Below, piece after piece: positions 55,252 through 63,748 of a stretch of DNA of 64,000 nt. The position numbers and the translations under genes were made by a program. The notes beneath the pieces are model-generated. The model had not been told where the DNA came from, searched no databases, and saw only the letters and a list, made by a program, of their open reading frames with translations. Source of the DNA: Candidatus Peribacteraceae bacterium (GTDB lineage: Bacteria > Patescibacteriota > Gracilibacteria > Peribacterales > Peribacteraceae); NCBI GenBank assembly GCA_028703445.1, contig JAQVMW010000005.1, positions 21,666 through 85,665 of the forward strand. Reading direction: 5' to 3'. Each line of letters begins with the position of its first letter. Within the stretch, counting starts at the first letter, position 1.

Positions 55252-56227
55252 ACTGGAATGAGAATGTTATCGTTGGCAGAACCACATTAGAAGCATCTTT
55301 TGGGAAAAGAAGGTGCGAGGCGCTTTCATTTTTATCAATGGCATTTACGTTCCAAACCACCTCCAGTGTTTTTTCGTCTCTGCTTTTCGCTATTTCAGAA
55401 AGACGAAAGAGAGTTTCATCCAAGATGGAACAGGTATTATACCGAATTTTTCGATTAACCACCTTACATGGTTGCCGAGTAGTATCATCGTAATCACCCA
55501 GCCTTCGAACAATGAATATCAGTTCGTAATTCGAAACCGAATTGTCTGGAAGTTGAAAATTTTCCCATTTCAAGGTACGAGCAACTTCTTCGTTATCATC
55601 CTCCGAACGAGGATGCACGATCGCCGTATGAGATTGCTCATTGAGTGAAACCTGAAGTTTTTCTTCATGGGGAGAAATCTCATTTGTGTCAGAGGGATCT
55701 TGGTAACAATCTGTTTTTGGGATAGAAGTATAGTCTTCTCTTTGGGTTCCTTTTGTTTCAGATAAATCAAAAAAAGAATCGCCGTCAGTATTATCTGGTA
55801 ACTTGTCCTTGACGTAGTCTTGGCTCTGCTTCCAGTCAATGATACTGCAATCGGAAATTGCTTTCTTTGTTGCCTCGTCAATCTCCGTCGCGCCATTCGG
55901 ATTGAGACCATGCAAATGTTCTGTAAAATTAGAAAGATTATTATCGTCTAAATCCCATGGAAGATATGCAATAGCTATAAGAAAAATTGCAACTACGATC
56001 AAGATAACCCATGCCATAGATACCGGCTTATTCTTCGCCAAAATGGTAGTAGGCAAGAACGTGAGAAGAATGCTTAGGCAAAAAGTCAGAATTGTCAGCA
56101 AAGTGCTGAATACGTTCAAAATCCAACATACCAAAGCGCCTAAAACAATAATGGCAATGATTGTTGGCCATTTCCAATCCATTTTTTGAGTGCGCGTTCG
56201 TTTACCAGTATCACTCATCTCTTGCAT
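55244..56227 (-). CDS. hypothetical three-TM membrane protein with acidic extracytoplasmic domain (AT-rich island)
   Basis: 8-nt overlap with the downstream gene. ATG at 56227 (the listed TTG is at 56248). Confidence 0.65.
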   Translation of the reverse strand: MQEMSDTGKRTRTQKMDWKWPTIIAIIVLGALVCWILNVFSTLLTILTFCLSILLTFLPTTILAKNKPVSMAWVILIVVAIFLIAIAYLPWDLDDNNLSNFTEHLHGLNPNGATEIDEATKKAISDCSIIDWKQSQDYVKDKLPDNTDGDSFFDLSETKGTQREDYTSIPKTDCYQDPSDTNEISPHEEKLQVSLNEQSHTAIVHPRSEDDNEEVARTLKWENFQLPDNSVSNYELIFIVRRLGDYDDTTRQPCKVVNRKIRYNTCSILDETLFRLSEIAKSRDEKTLEVVWNVNAIDKNESASHLLFPKDASNVVLPTITFSFQYE

Positions 56228-56294
56228 AGGATAGCCGCCATTAGACAACTAGGCTAGACATACCCTCGTACCTTCCACATGCCTCCAAAACAAT

Positions 56295-57155
56295 TCATAG
56301 CACCTTTCTCGCCCTACTCGTCCTCGTCCCATCCCGGCACGGAACGAGCACGGCAATGGGCAGCCCCCCGTGCCAGCCGATCGTATCGGGGGCGATTTCG
56401 TGCGTGATGGCGCGGCCGTGCCGGATATCCTCCGCCTGCGTATCGGTGAGTTCCAGGCGCGGAAAGTGCGCGAGCACGTCCTTGAGAGGCAGGACACTCG
56501 TCCACGTGGCCAGCTCCGGCTTCACCGCATCGGTAACGTTCCACGTACCGACCAGAGTTCGCTTGAGCTTCTCGAGATAGCCACCGCACTGCAGCACCTC
56601 TCCCAGATCATGGGCAAGCGACCGGATGTACGTCCCCGAGCCGCACGAAACCCGAAGATGCAGGTGCGGGTAATCGTAGTGCGTAATGACGCAGCCGGAG
56701 ATCTCGACCTCGCGGGGCGGGATGTTCACTCCCCTGCCCTGACGCGCCTTGCGGTACGCGCGCTCACCGCCGATCTTCACCGCCGAGTGGGCGGGCGGCA
56801 CCTGCTGAATCTTGCCGATGAAACGGCTCGTGATGACCGAGCGGACAGTGATCTCGTCGGGCGCATGCCAGCCCGCCACAGGCGACCACCGCTCAATCAC
56901 CCCTTCGCGGTCATACGTAGTACTGGTCGCTCCCAGATGGATCACCGCTTCGTACTTCTTCGGAAGATCCGAAAAAAGTTCGACCACTTTGAGCGCCTTC
57001 GCGCCGACTGCGAGCACAAGTAGTCCCTCCGCCGCCGGATCCAGCGTGCCCAGGTGCCCGATTTTCGGTTCGTGCAGAACGGAACGCACCCGCGAAACGG
57101 CGTCGTGGCTGGTGGGACCGCAGGGCTTGTCGATGAGCAGAAAACCGTGACGCAT
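56295..57155 (-). CDS. truB: tRNA pseudouridine(55) synthase
   Basis: GFLLIDKPCGPTSHD and the HLGTLDPAAEGLL catalytic Asp motif. Confidence 0.9.
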   Translation of the reverse strand: MRHGFLLIDKPCGPTSHDAVSRVRSVLHEPKIGHLGTLDPAAEGLLVLAVGAKALKVVELFSDLPKKYEAVIHLGATSTTYDREGVIERWSPVAGWHAPDEITVRSVITSRFIGKIQQVPPAHSAVKIGGERAYRKARQGRGVNIPPREVEISGCVITHYDYPHLHLRVSCGSGTYIRSLAHDLGEVLQCGGYLEKLKRTLVGTWNVTDAVKPELATWTSVLPLKDVLAHFPRLELTDTQAEDIRHGRAITHEIAPDTIGWHGGLPIAVLVPCRDGTRTSRARKVL

Positions 57156-57156
57156 A

Positions 57157-57243
57157 AAGAAAGATGTAAGTGGTAAGACATAAGCGATCAGTGGCTCGAC
57201 TTCGCGGTATCTTACATCTTATGTCTTCTATCTTATATCTTCT
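57157..57243. repeat. low-complexity hairpin (AAGATGTAAG / CTTACATCTT words)
   Basis: aagatgtaag (57161-70) pairs with cttacatctt (57211-20). aagacataag (57175-84) pairs with cttatgtctt (57218-27). Confidence 0.8.
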
Positions 57244-57297
57244 CAAGACGCTCACAACAATTGTTCTCCACTAAATAGCTGGAGTATTATCGGCTCC

Positions 57298-57855
57298 ATG
57301 GACCTCACCCTTACCTGGGATCTGTTCGTCATCGTCTTCTTCGCCGTGATCATGACGTACAGCTTCATCATCGGAAAACACGAATCCGTGAAGATCATCA
57401 TCGCCTCCTACATCTCCATCGTCGCCGTGCAGGGCATCGGCAATCTGCTCGCCCGCATCTCGACCTCCGATCCCTTGTTTTCGATGATGGGCATCACCAT
57501 CGATATCACCCTGCTCTCGACCACCAAGCTCGTGCTGTTTGTTGCGGCAGTGATCTTCCTCGCCGTACGCGGCGGCTTCGAGATCGAATTCAAGCGCGAA
57601 CCGGGAGGCAGCGTCGATCTCGTGCTCACGGGCATCTTTGGATTCGCAACAGCAGGCCTTCTGCTCTCGACCCTCCTCACCTACGTCGCGGATGTGCCGA
57701 TCCTTTCGAAGACCATTGCGGAGACCGCGTCCATCGCTACCATCATGCAAGGAAGCCAACTCATGTCCGCCATGATCACCTACCAGGATTTGTGGTTTGC
57801 GGGTCCCGCACTGCTCGTGCTGGCCACCGGATTTATCGGCAAGGAACAGTCATAG
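57298..57855 (+). CDS. hypothetical polytopic membrane protein (CvpA-like architecture)
   Basis: Four to five hydrophobic helices. Confidence 0.55.
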   Translation: MDLTLTWDLFVIVFFAVIMTYSFIIGKHESVKIIIASYISIVAVQGIGNLLARISTSDPLFSMMGITIDITLLSTTKLVLFVAAVIFLAVRGGFEIEFKREPGGSVDLVLTGIFGFATAGLLLSTLLTYVADVPILSKTIAETASIATIMQGSQLMSAMITYQDLWFAGPALLVLATGFIGKEQS

Positions 57856-57879
57856 GAATCAGCGGATAACTCGAAAAAT

Positions 57880-58016
57880 TGTCATCCTGAGCCCTGCCTG
57901 CCGGGCGTAGCCTTGGCGGAGACTGGTCGAAGGAAGACAATTTTGGCTCCTGTTCATGGTTCGACCCCCCTTCGCCCTTCGGGCTACGGCGAGACAGGCA
58001 GGGCTCACCCTGACAG
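57880..58016. repeat. long imperfect palindrome (about 135 nt)
   Basis: tgagccctgcctg (57888-57900) pairs with caggcagggctca (57995-58007). Flanking tgtca/tgaca and gcgtagcc/ggctacggc extend the arms. Confidence 0.85.
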
Positions 58017-58143
58017 GTGCTACGCTTTTCATCTGTTCCATAGAGCGTCTTGCCAAATCTCTGAAATGTAGTTGTGATATTTTGAAGACCTTGCGCGCAC
58101 ATCGAAAGCCGTATAACAATAAGGAAAATTCTTCCCCCTTTCC

Positions 58144-58491
58144 ATGACGCACCTCCGCTCTCTCAGTCTGAAACTTGCTGCCGTCATCGCGTGCAGCGCC
58201 CCTTTCCATGCATTCGCCCAGCTCTCCGATCCGCCAGACGTCGGTAGCGGAGACATCGGCGGAGGCGACCTGAAGCAGGCCATCGTCAAGGTCATTCAAG
58301 TCGTGCTCGATTTCATGACGCTCATCGCCGTGGTGATGATCATCATCGCCGGCATCCGCTACATCATCTCGAGAGGTGAAGAGAGCGAGAATGAGAAAGC
58401 AAAGAAGATGATCATTTACGTGATCGTCGGTCTCATCGTCATTCTCCTCGCTCGCGCGATTGTCACCTTCGTCATCGGCCTGCAGAACTGA
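58144..58491 (+). CDS. TrbC/VirB2-type (T4SS pilin-like) small membrane protein
   Basis: Signal peptide ...APFHAFA, then two TM helices flanking RYIISRGEESENEKAKKM. This architecture is typical of the pilin-like family common in CPR genomes. Confidence 0.6.
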   Translation: MTHLRSLSLKLAAVIACSAPFHAFAQLSDPPDVGSGDIGGGDLKQAIVKVIQVVLDFMTLIAVVMIIIAGIRYIISRGEESENEKAKKMIIYVIVGLIVILLARAIVTFVIGLQN

Positions 58492-58512
58492 TGTTTCTTG
58501 AATCGAATCTTC

Positions 58513-58547
58513 AAAAATCGTCCCGCAGATGCGGGACGATTTTTTTA
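58513..58547. terminator. bidirectional Rho-independent terminator
   Basis: aaaaa atcgtcccgc agat gcgggacgat ttttttt, between convergent genes. Confidence 0.85.
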
Positions 58548-59096
58548 CGCTCCTTCCGGCATTTCCGGGAGGAGCGGAACAAGCGGGGTCTTCGCCGCCT
58601 CTGCGAGCGCCTTTTCTCTGACCACGGCTGGCGGGTCGCGCACGATGATCGCATCGGGACGCACTTCGATAATGTCCGCGACGGCAATCGGCGCGCGCCA
58701 CTTCAGCCACTTCTTCGGAAAGATCCACGTATACCGCATCGATCCGGTCTCGAACTGAACGTCGCGGCAGCGACCGAGGAAGATTCCGGATTCCGTCCGA
58801 ATACGCTGCCCGAGGATGTTGCGCGAATCGAGGAGCAGCGGCTGCACCCGGATGAAATCCTCAGCGGGCGCAACGCGGTCATGATCGCGCACGACGATGG
58901 TTCGCCCGAAGTGGGCGATGTCGAACGCAGAGAGGAAGAGCGATGAGGAAGAGAAGAGCCCGGGCACTCTGACAAAGAATCCTTCGACGGTCCCTCGATC
59001 GGGATGCAGCAGAATACCGTCTATCGTACCGATCACCTCCTCGGTATTCTCCGCCCTGATCACCATGCCAAGACAGGTAGAAAGGCGAATGTGCAT
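58545..59096 (-). CDS. PRC-barrel domain protein (two copies)
   Basis: V.G.IDGILL....G.V.GF.V pattern repeated. The start may be the ATG at 59066. Confidence 0.55.
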   Translation of the reverse strand: MHIRLSTCLGMVIRAENTEEVIGTIDGILLHPDRGTVEGFFVRVPGLFSSSSLFLSAFDIAHFGRTIVVRDHDRVAPAEDFIRVQPLLLDSRNILGQRIRTESGIFLGRCRDVQFETGSMRYTWIFPKKWLKWRAPIAVADIIEVRPDAIIVRDPPAVVREKALAEAAKTPLVPLLPEMPEGA

Positions 59097-59114
59097 TCGC
59101 CCGGAAGTATGGAG

Positions 59115-59230
59115 ACAAGAATGCGGGAAAACAAGAATTCAAGAATGCAGGAATTCAGGAATACAAGGATTTCAAAAAGCGTATTCCCATCCCCTGTATT
59201 CTTGTATTCCTGGCTCCCTGTATTCCTGCT
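59115..59230. repeat. low-complexity hairpin (CAGGAATACAAG / CTTGTATTCCTG words)
   Basis: caggaatacaag (59156-59167) pairs with cttgtattcctg (59201-59212), with arms of related aagaatNcagg / cctgtattc words. Confidence 0.8.
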
Positions 59231-59243
59231 ACCATTCGCACCG

Positions 59244-60173
59244 ATGCACCTCTTCGCGGGATCTTCCCACCCCTCCCTCGCCAGCTCGCTCGCCAAGGAA
59301 CTCGACATACCGCTGGGAAAAGTCGAACTCAAAGCTTTCAGTTGCGGCGAGCGTTACGTGCGGTACATGGAATCCGTGCGCGGGAGAGACGTCTACATCC
59401 TGCAGACGGCGACGCTCACGCCCGACGAGTGCCTGATCGAGCTCTTTCTCATGTGTCAGGCGGCCAAATTAAGCTTTGCCAGTACCGTGCACGTGGTGGT
59501 GCCGCACTTCGGCTACGCGCGGCAGGACCGCGTGGCCGCTCCCCGTGAGCCCATCTCAGCCAAGCTCATCGCCCACCTGCTGGAGGAGGCCGGCGCGGAT
59601 CACGTGATCACCTTGGACCTCCACTCCGACCAGATTCAGGGTTTCTTCACTATTCCCGTGGATGCGCTCGACGCCCGTCCCCTCTTCGCCGCGTACTTCA
59701 AAGGCAAGAAGCTCAAAGATCCCGTAGTCGTCTCGCCCGATGCCGGCGGCGCCAAGCGCGCCAAGAAATTCGCCGACATGCTGGGTGCGGATCTCGCCAT
59801 CATGCACAAGAGCCGTCCCGCTCACCACGAAGCGGAAATCATCGAAGTCGTAGGGAATATCGAGGGCCGCAGCTGCATCCTCTTCGACGACATGATCGAT
59901 ACAGGTGGCAGCCTGCTCTCGGCCAAGAAAGCGCTCCTCAAGCGCAAAGCTCTGCCCGCTATCTACGCCGCCGCAACCCACGGCATCTTCTCAGGTCTTG
60001 CCATCGAGAATTTCGAGAAGGCGGGATTCAAAGAAGTCGTCGTATCGGACAGCCTCCCCATCAAGCACACGGCTTTTCACGGTCTCAAAGTCCTGCCCAT
60101 CGCCCCCCTGCTCGCCGAGGTGATCCGGCACATCGAGAAGGGCGAGAGCGTGACGGATATCTACCGGAAGTAG
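59244..60173 (+). CDS. prs: ribose-phosphate diphosphokinase
   Basis: MHLFAGSSHPSLASSLAKELDIPLGKVELKAFSCGE, YARQDR and the PRPP loop ILFDDMIDTGGS. Confidence 0.9.
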   Translation: MHLFAGSSHPSLASSLAKELDIPLGKVELKAFSCGERYVRYMESVRGRDVYILQTATLTPDECLIELFLMCQAAKLSFASTVHVVVPHFGYARQDRVAAPREPISAKLIAHLLEEAGADHVITLDLHSDQIQGFFTIPVDALDARPLFAAYFKGKKLKDPVVVSPDAGGAKRAKKFADMLGADLAIMHKSRPAHHEAEIIEVVGNIEGRSCILFDDMIDTGGSLLSAKKALLKRKALPAIYAAATHGIFSGLAIENFEKAGFKEVVVSDSLPIKHTAFHGLKVLPIAPLLAEVIRHIEKGESVTDIYRK

Positions 60174-60200
60174 AAATGCCTCGCGGCGACGCAGTGAGCC

Positions 60201-61580
60201 TCAGGCCGCATTCATCAGAACACCGCGGAGACGCCGGAGCGTCTTAAACTGCTCTCCACTCTGCGCAACACGCGCAAGTCTCGCGAGGGTGACGCCCTCC
60301 AGTGCATTGGCTTGTCTGCCCTGAATGTGGAGCGTGGTGGCGATTTGTCCGATCTGCACCGCCTGCTTCGCATCCTTCAGGTTGAACGTCCCGCTCTGCC
60401 AGGCCTTCGCCTTCTCACGCGCCATCCACAGTCTCTGCATACCGAAGCGCACGTCGCCGGCACCCGTTTTGTCCTTGGCGGGAATGTCCGAGCAGGAAGA
60501 GGCTACGTACTTCGTCTGCACGTCGCCTTTCGGCGTCTGGAAGATGATGAAACAACCCTTCGCATCGGTGATCGTGAACATCCGGGTCCTGCCCGTCGGA
60601 GAGACGAGGAAGGGCTGCATGGCCGCGAAGAGGCGTCGATGCAATGCATGTTTCTTCCCGTCGGTCAGCTCCTCAGCCGCGTCGATCGTTTCGCCGCAGA
60701 ACACCCGCGCCGCCTCCACAAGATTCGCATTGAAGAGATCGACATGCGAGAGCGCGGGCCGAATGTGCTCCATCTTCGTGAAACCGTGGATATCCATACT
60801 CACCATGGGACAGAACTCCTGGGCCTGCGTGACGAGCTGATCCAGAGATGCGCCGTCGTCACCGTCCATTCCTTCCGGAAAGAGCCCTGGATAGGAGATG
60901 TTGAAATTGAAGGGACCGCGGCGGGCAATTTCGAGCATGTCTTCCTTGGTCAGCCTGGTTCTGCCACTCGCCCCGGCGTTGAAGTAGATGGCACGGTCGC
61001 CTTTCTTCACTCTTCCTGAACGCTGCTGCTGGATGCGGATGTCGGCGAGTCCGCTCGTGGTGTCTTCCTGCACCCGCAGGAGATCAACATCGATCACCGA
61101 CCGTGGAATTTTACACTTGTAAATCTCTCCCGCTCTGTCGTCCCCGAGACAGGCCATGAGCGCCCAGATCTTATTCCGCGTGTTCGCCACCCCTGCATCG
61201 ACCGCCCCGCGCTCGCGCGCCTCCGCCTCCAGCACGCGCGCTACGGCGAAGGCGGCGTTGGCGATCCCGCCCGTATGCCCGTCCACCTGCAGTGCCTCTT
61301 CCGGCTCCGTGAACGCCTCTCCGGTTCCGATCACGCGTCCGTCCGGTCCCACGAGGGCCAAACCACCCATGTATCGGTCATTCGCATAATTGCCCTTGTG
61401 CTTCACATCGAGTGCCGTCGTTCCGTAGTCCAGCACCAGGTTGCGCGGTCGGTCGGGATCCCGAAGCCGCTGCAGCGCAGTCAGGACTTCCTCGGGAGTG
61501 AACCCCCATGAGAGCAGCTGGCGCTCATCGAAGAAAGGAACGGATGGACCGACTGTTTCTCGCAGAGATGACTTTGGCAT
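60201..61580 (-). CDS. PfkB-family carbohydrate kinase-like protein
   Basis: HTGGIANAAFAVARVL (GG...N motif) and C-terminal DKTGAGDVRF. ATG at 61580 preferred over TTG at 61634. Confidence 0.55.
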   Translation of the reverse strand: MPKSSLRETVGPSVPFFDERQLLSWGFTPEEVLTALQRLRDPDRPRNLVLDYGTTALDVKHKGNYANDRYMGGLALVGPDGRVIGTGEAFTEPEEALQVDGHTGGIANAAFAVARVLEAEARERGAVDAGVANTRNKIWALMACLGDDRAGEIYKCKIPRSVIDVDLLRVQEDTTSGLADIRIQQQRSGRVKKGDRAIYFNAGASGRTRLTKEDMLEIARRGPFNFNISYPGLFPEGMDGDDGASLDQLVTQAQEFCPMVSMDIHGFTKMEHIRPALSHVDLFNANLVEAARVFCGETIDAAEELTDGKKHALHRRLFAAMQPFLVSPTGRTRMFTITDAKGCFIIFQTPKGDVQTKYVASSCSDIPAKDKTGAGDVRFGMQRLWMAREKAKAWQSGTFNLKDAKQAVQIGQIATTLHIQGRQANALEGVTLARLARVAQSGEQFKTLRRLRGVLMNAA

Positions 61581-61796
61581 GGTGACAGGGGACAAAAAGG
61601 GAGCAAACGTAGAACTCGGCTCCCTCTTTGTCAATTCATGCGGTTTCGTTGACCGAGCGGCGCCGAATCCGTACCCTTTTCCTGTTTACCGGGTGATGAG
61701 CTCCCGCCTTCGCTCTTCGAGCTTCGGCGGGCAGGCAGCTTCCAGCTTCGCGTTGGATCACCCAAGAACAGGAAAGCAGAATATCTTTTACACCAC

Positions 61797-61873
61797 GGGC
61801 GATTAGCTCAGCTGGTTAGAGCGCGACACTGATAATGTCGAGGTCAGTGGTTCAAGTCCACTATCGCCCACCA
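61797..61873 (+). tRNA. tRNA-Ile (GAT)
   Basis: gggcgattagctcagctggttagagc, anticodon loop ctgataa, T-arm agtggttcaagtccact, CCA encoded. Confidence 0.9.
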
Positions 61874-61923
61874 CCCGTCTTCGTCCCGCATGCGCGGGTC
61901 ACAACAATGGTAGAATTAACCAG

Positions 61924-62280
61924 ATGAAAGATAGTATTTTCATTAAGGCACTTTATTTTGCGAAGGAGCACCCGAACGGATTTACCAAAGCTGAGCTAGC
62001 CACATTTCTTGGTACAGAAGAATGGGGACCGCTCCAGAGGGAATTTGAAGGTCAAAAGCCTGAGCACGTTTTCAATCAAGCTGAGTCAATAGGTAACCAG
62101 GATAGATACTGGCTTACCAAAGAAGGATACAAGTTGCTCTATGAATTAGATGAGGTCCATGAGGCAATGGAGCAGGCTGCAAAAGCGAGAAGACTTGCAG
62201 TAATTTCCATCCTCGTGGCTATTGCAGTGCCTTTGCTTATAGAATTGCTCGATATCTGGTACAAAATTTCTCAAACCTAA
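61924..62280 (+). CDS. hypothetical protein with C-terminal TM helix (AT-richer islet)
   Basis: ORF only. Confidence 0.45.
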   Translation: MKDSIFIKALYFAKEHPNGFTKAELATFLGTEEWGPLQREFEGQKPEHVFNQAESIGNQDRYWLTKEGYKLLYELDEVHEAMEQAAKARRLAVISILVAIAVPLLIELLDIWYKISQT

Positions 62281-62372
62281 TGGCCTAAGGTGAGAGATGG
62301 GACCCAATCAAAACCCCCAGGAGGAGTAGTTCGATAGCAGACATGTTCCAGAGGTACTTCGTATGCAACTAC

Positions 62373-62744
62373 TTACCGGATTCGACCTTCATGTATTGCG
62401 ACCTGAAGATGATATGCAATGTATATTGGGATGAAACCAAGCCACGGATTAAATATCGCCATTACAGCAGGTAAGGGACCGAATGAAAGTGTAGAAGTCG
62501 AACCAAGAGCAATCATTAATAAGAAAGTACCCATAATATTAAGTTTCATAATCAATCGTTGAGTAGCTTTTTTCTTAAATTTTCTTTGTGCAATCCTTCG
62601 ATTCAAATACATATCAATAAAGAAGGGTGAGACAAATAACAGCAATACGTACAACCAAACAGGAATCTCTACCCCAAGTAAAACCTGAGTTTTTGCTGCG
62701 ATAAACCTGTTGAGTAAGCTAACTGCTGGTTCCACAGCAATCAA
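62373..62744 (-). CDS. hypothetical membrane protein (AT-richer islet)
   Basis: ORF with hydrophobic helices. TTG start, uncertain. Confidence 0.4.
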   Translation of the reverse strand: MIAVEPAVSLLNRFIAAKTQVLLGVEIPVWLYVLLLFVSPFFIDMYLNRRIAQRKFKKKATQRLIMKLNIMGTFLLMIALGSTSTLSFGPLPAVMAIFNPWLGFIPIYIAYHLQVAIHEGRIR

Positions 62745-62970
62745 TTATACATGTACCTCCTACATCGCTTTAGTAAGCGCTGCCTCGGAGAAGTCCGGCT
62801 CTAGGGCCACGTCCAGCTCTTGGATGAACACCCGTGACGTTCTGCGCCGATACTGCCCACAAGGGCGTATCTCACTGCCCAAGCTTATTTCCACTGGAAT
62901 CTGGAAGATATTGTAACTATCGTGACATCGCCCACCATCGAAATACTGGAAGCTCTGCTACACTGTTCCT

Positions 62971-63243
62971 ATGATGAACGACCTCTCGATCCTCTGGCAG
63001 AACAAGGATTTCGTGGCGCAGGCCTACGGATTGAACGGCGCGCTGGGCATGCTCTTCGTGCTGGCCATCGTCGATTTGATCTTCAAGGGCTGGGCGCTGT
63101 GGAGGGCTGCCCGCATGGAGAAGAAATGGTGGTTCCTCGCGCTGCTCGTCGTGAATTCCATGGGGATCTTTCCGGCGATCTTCCTCATCTTTACGAACAC
63201 GGAATACGGAAGGAAAACCAAAGTTCCTTCGGTTCACTCCTGA
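62971..63243 (+). CDS. small two-TM membrane protein (DUF5652-like)
   Basis: ...IVDLIFKGWALWRAARMEKKWWFLALLVVNSMGIFPAIFLIF pattern. Preferred over the antisense ORF 62917-63237. Confidence 0.55.
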   Translation: MMNDLSILWQNKDFVAQAYGLNGALGMLFVLAIVDLIFKGWALWRAARMEKKWWFLALLVVNSMGIFPAIFLIFTNTEYGRKTKVPSVHS

Positions 63244-63731
63244 TTGAAGACGCGTAGAGACGGCTTTCCCTCTGTATCTCCCATGTCTTCTGGAAAGAGG
63301 ATGAGCATTTTACCTTCCGGCACGGCTGCTCTCAGATCCAGATCGTGCCGTCTGCCGTGACAATCAATGAAACTGAGACGGCCAAAAATCCCGCACTCCT
63401 CAGCAGTGAGCACGACCGCCTGTTCCCCTGTCGAATGCATCAGCATACTGCGCGTGAGCGGGGTCGGCTCCGCGTCCTTATCGTCCCCTCCATTGAGCAA
63501 CCAGAGGCGGTTGAGATCAAAACCATGAGGGCTGAGTTTCTTTTCCTTTGCCTCCCTTCGCTTTGCGAGCGTTGTTGCTCTATCGGGTGACTGCAGCGAC
63601 AGCACAGAAAACACCGATCCACGCGTTTTCCTCTCCTCTTCGCGTAACGGGAGAATATCCGGCTGCTCTTCGTGCCCTTCATCCTCGGGAGGGAGAGCGT
63701 CCGAGCCTAACTTGGTTGTGGGATCCGTCAT
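63234..63731 (-). CDS. hypothetical protein
   Basis: ORF only. Confidence 0.5.
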   Translation of the reverse strand: MTDPTTKLGSDALPPEDEGHEEQPDILPLREEERKTRGSVFSVLSLQSPDRATTLAKRREAKEKKLSPHGFDLNRLWLLNGGDDKDAEPTPLTRSMLMHSTGEQAVVLTAEECGIFGRLSFIDCHGRRHDLDLRAAVPEGKMLILFPEDMGDTEGKPSLRVFNQE

Positions 63732-63748
63732 GGTTTAAAGGAGAAATG

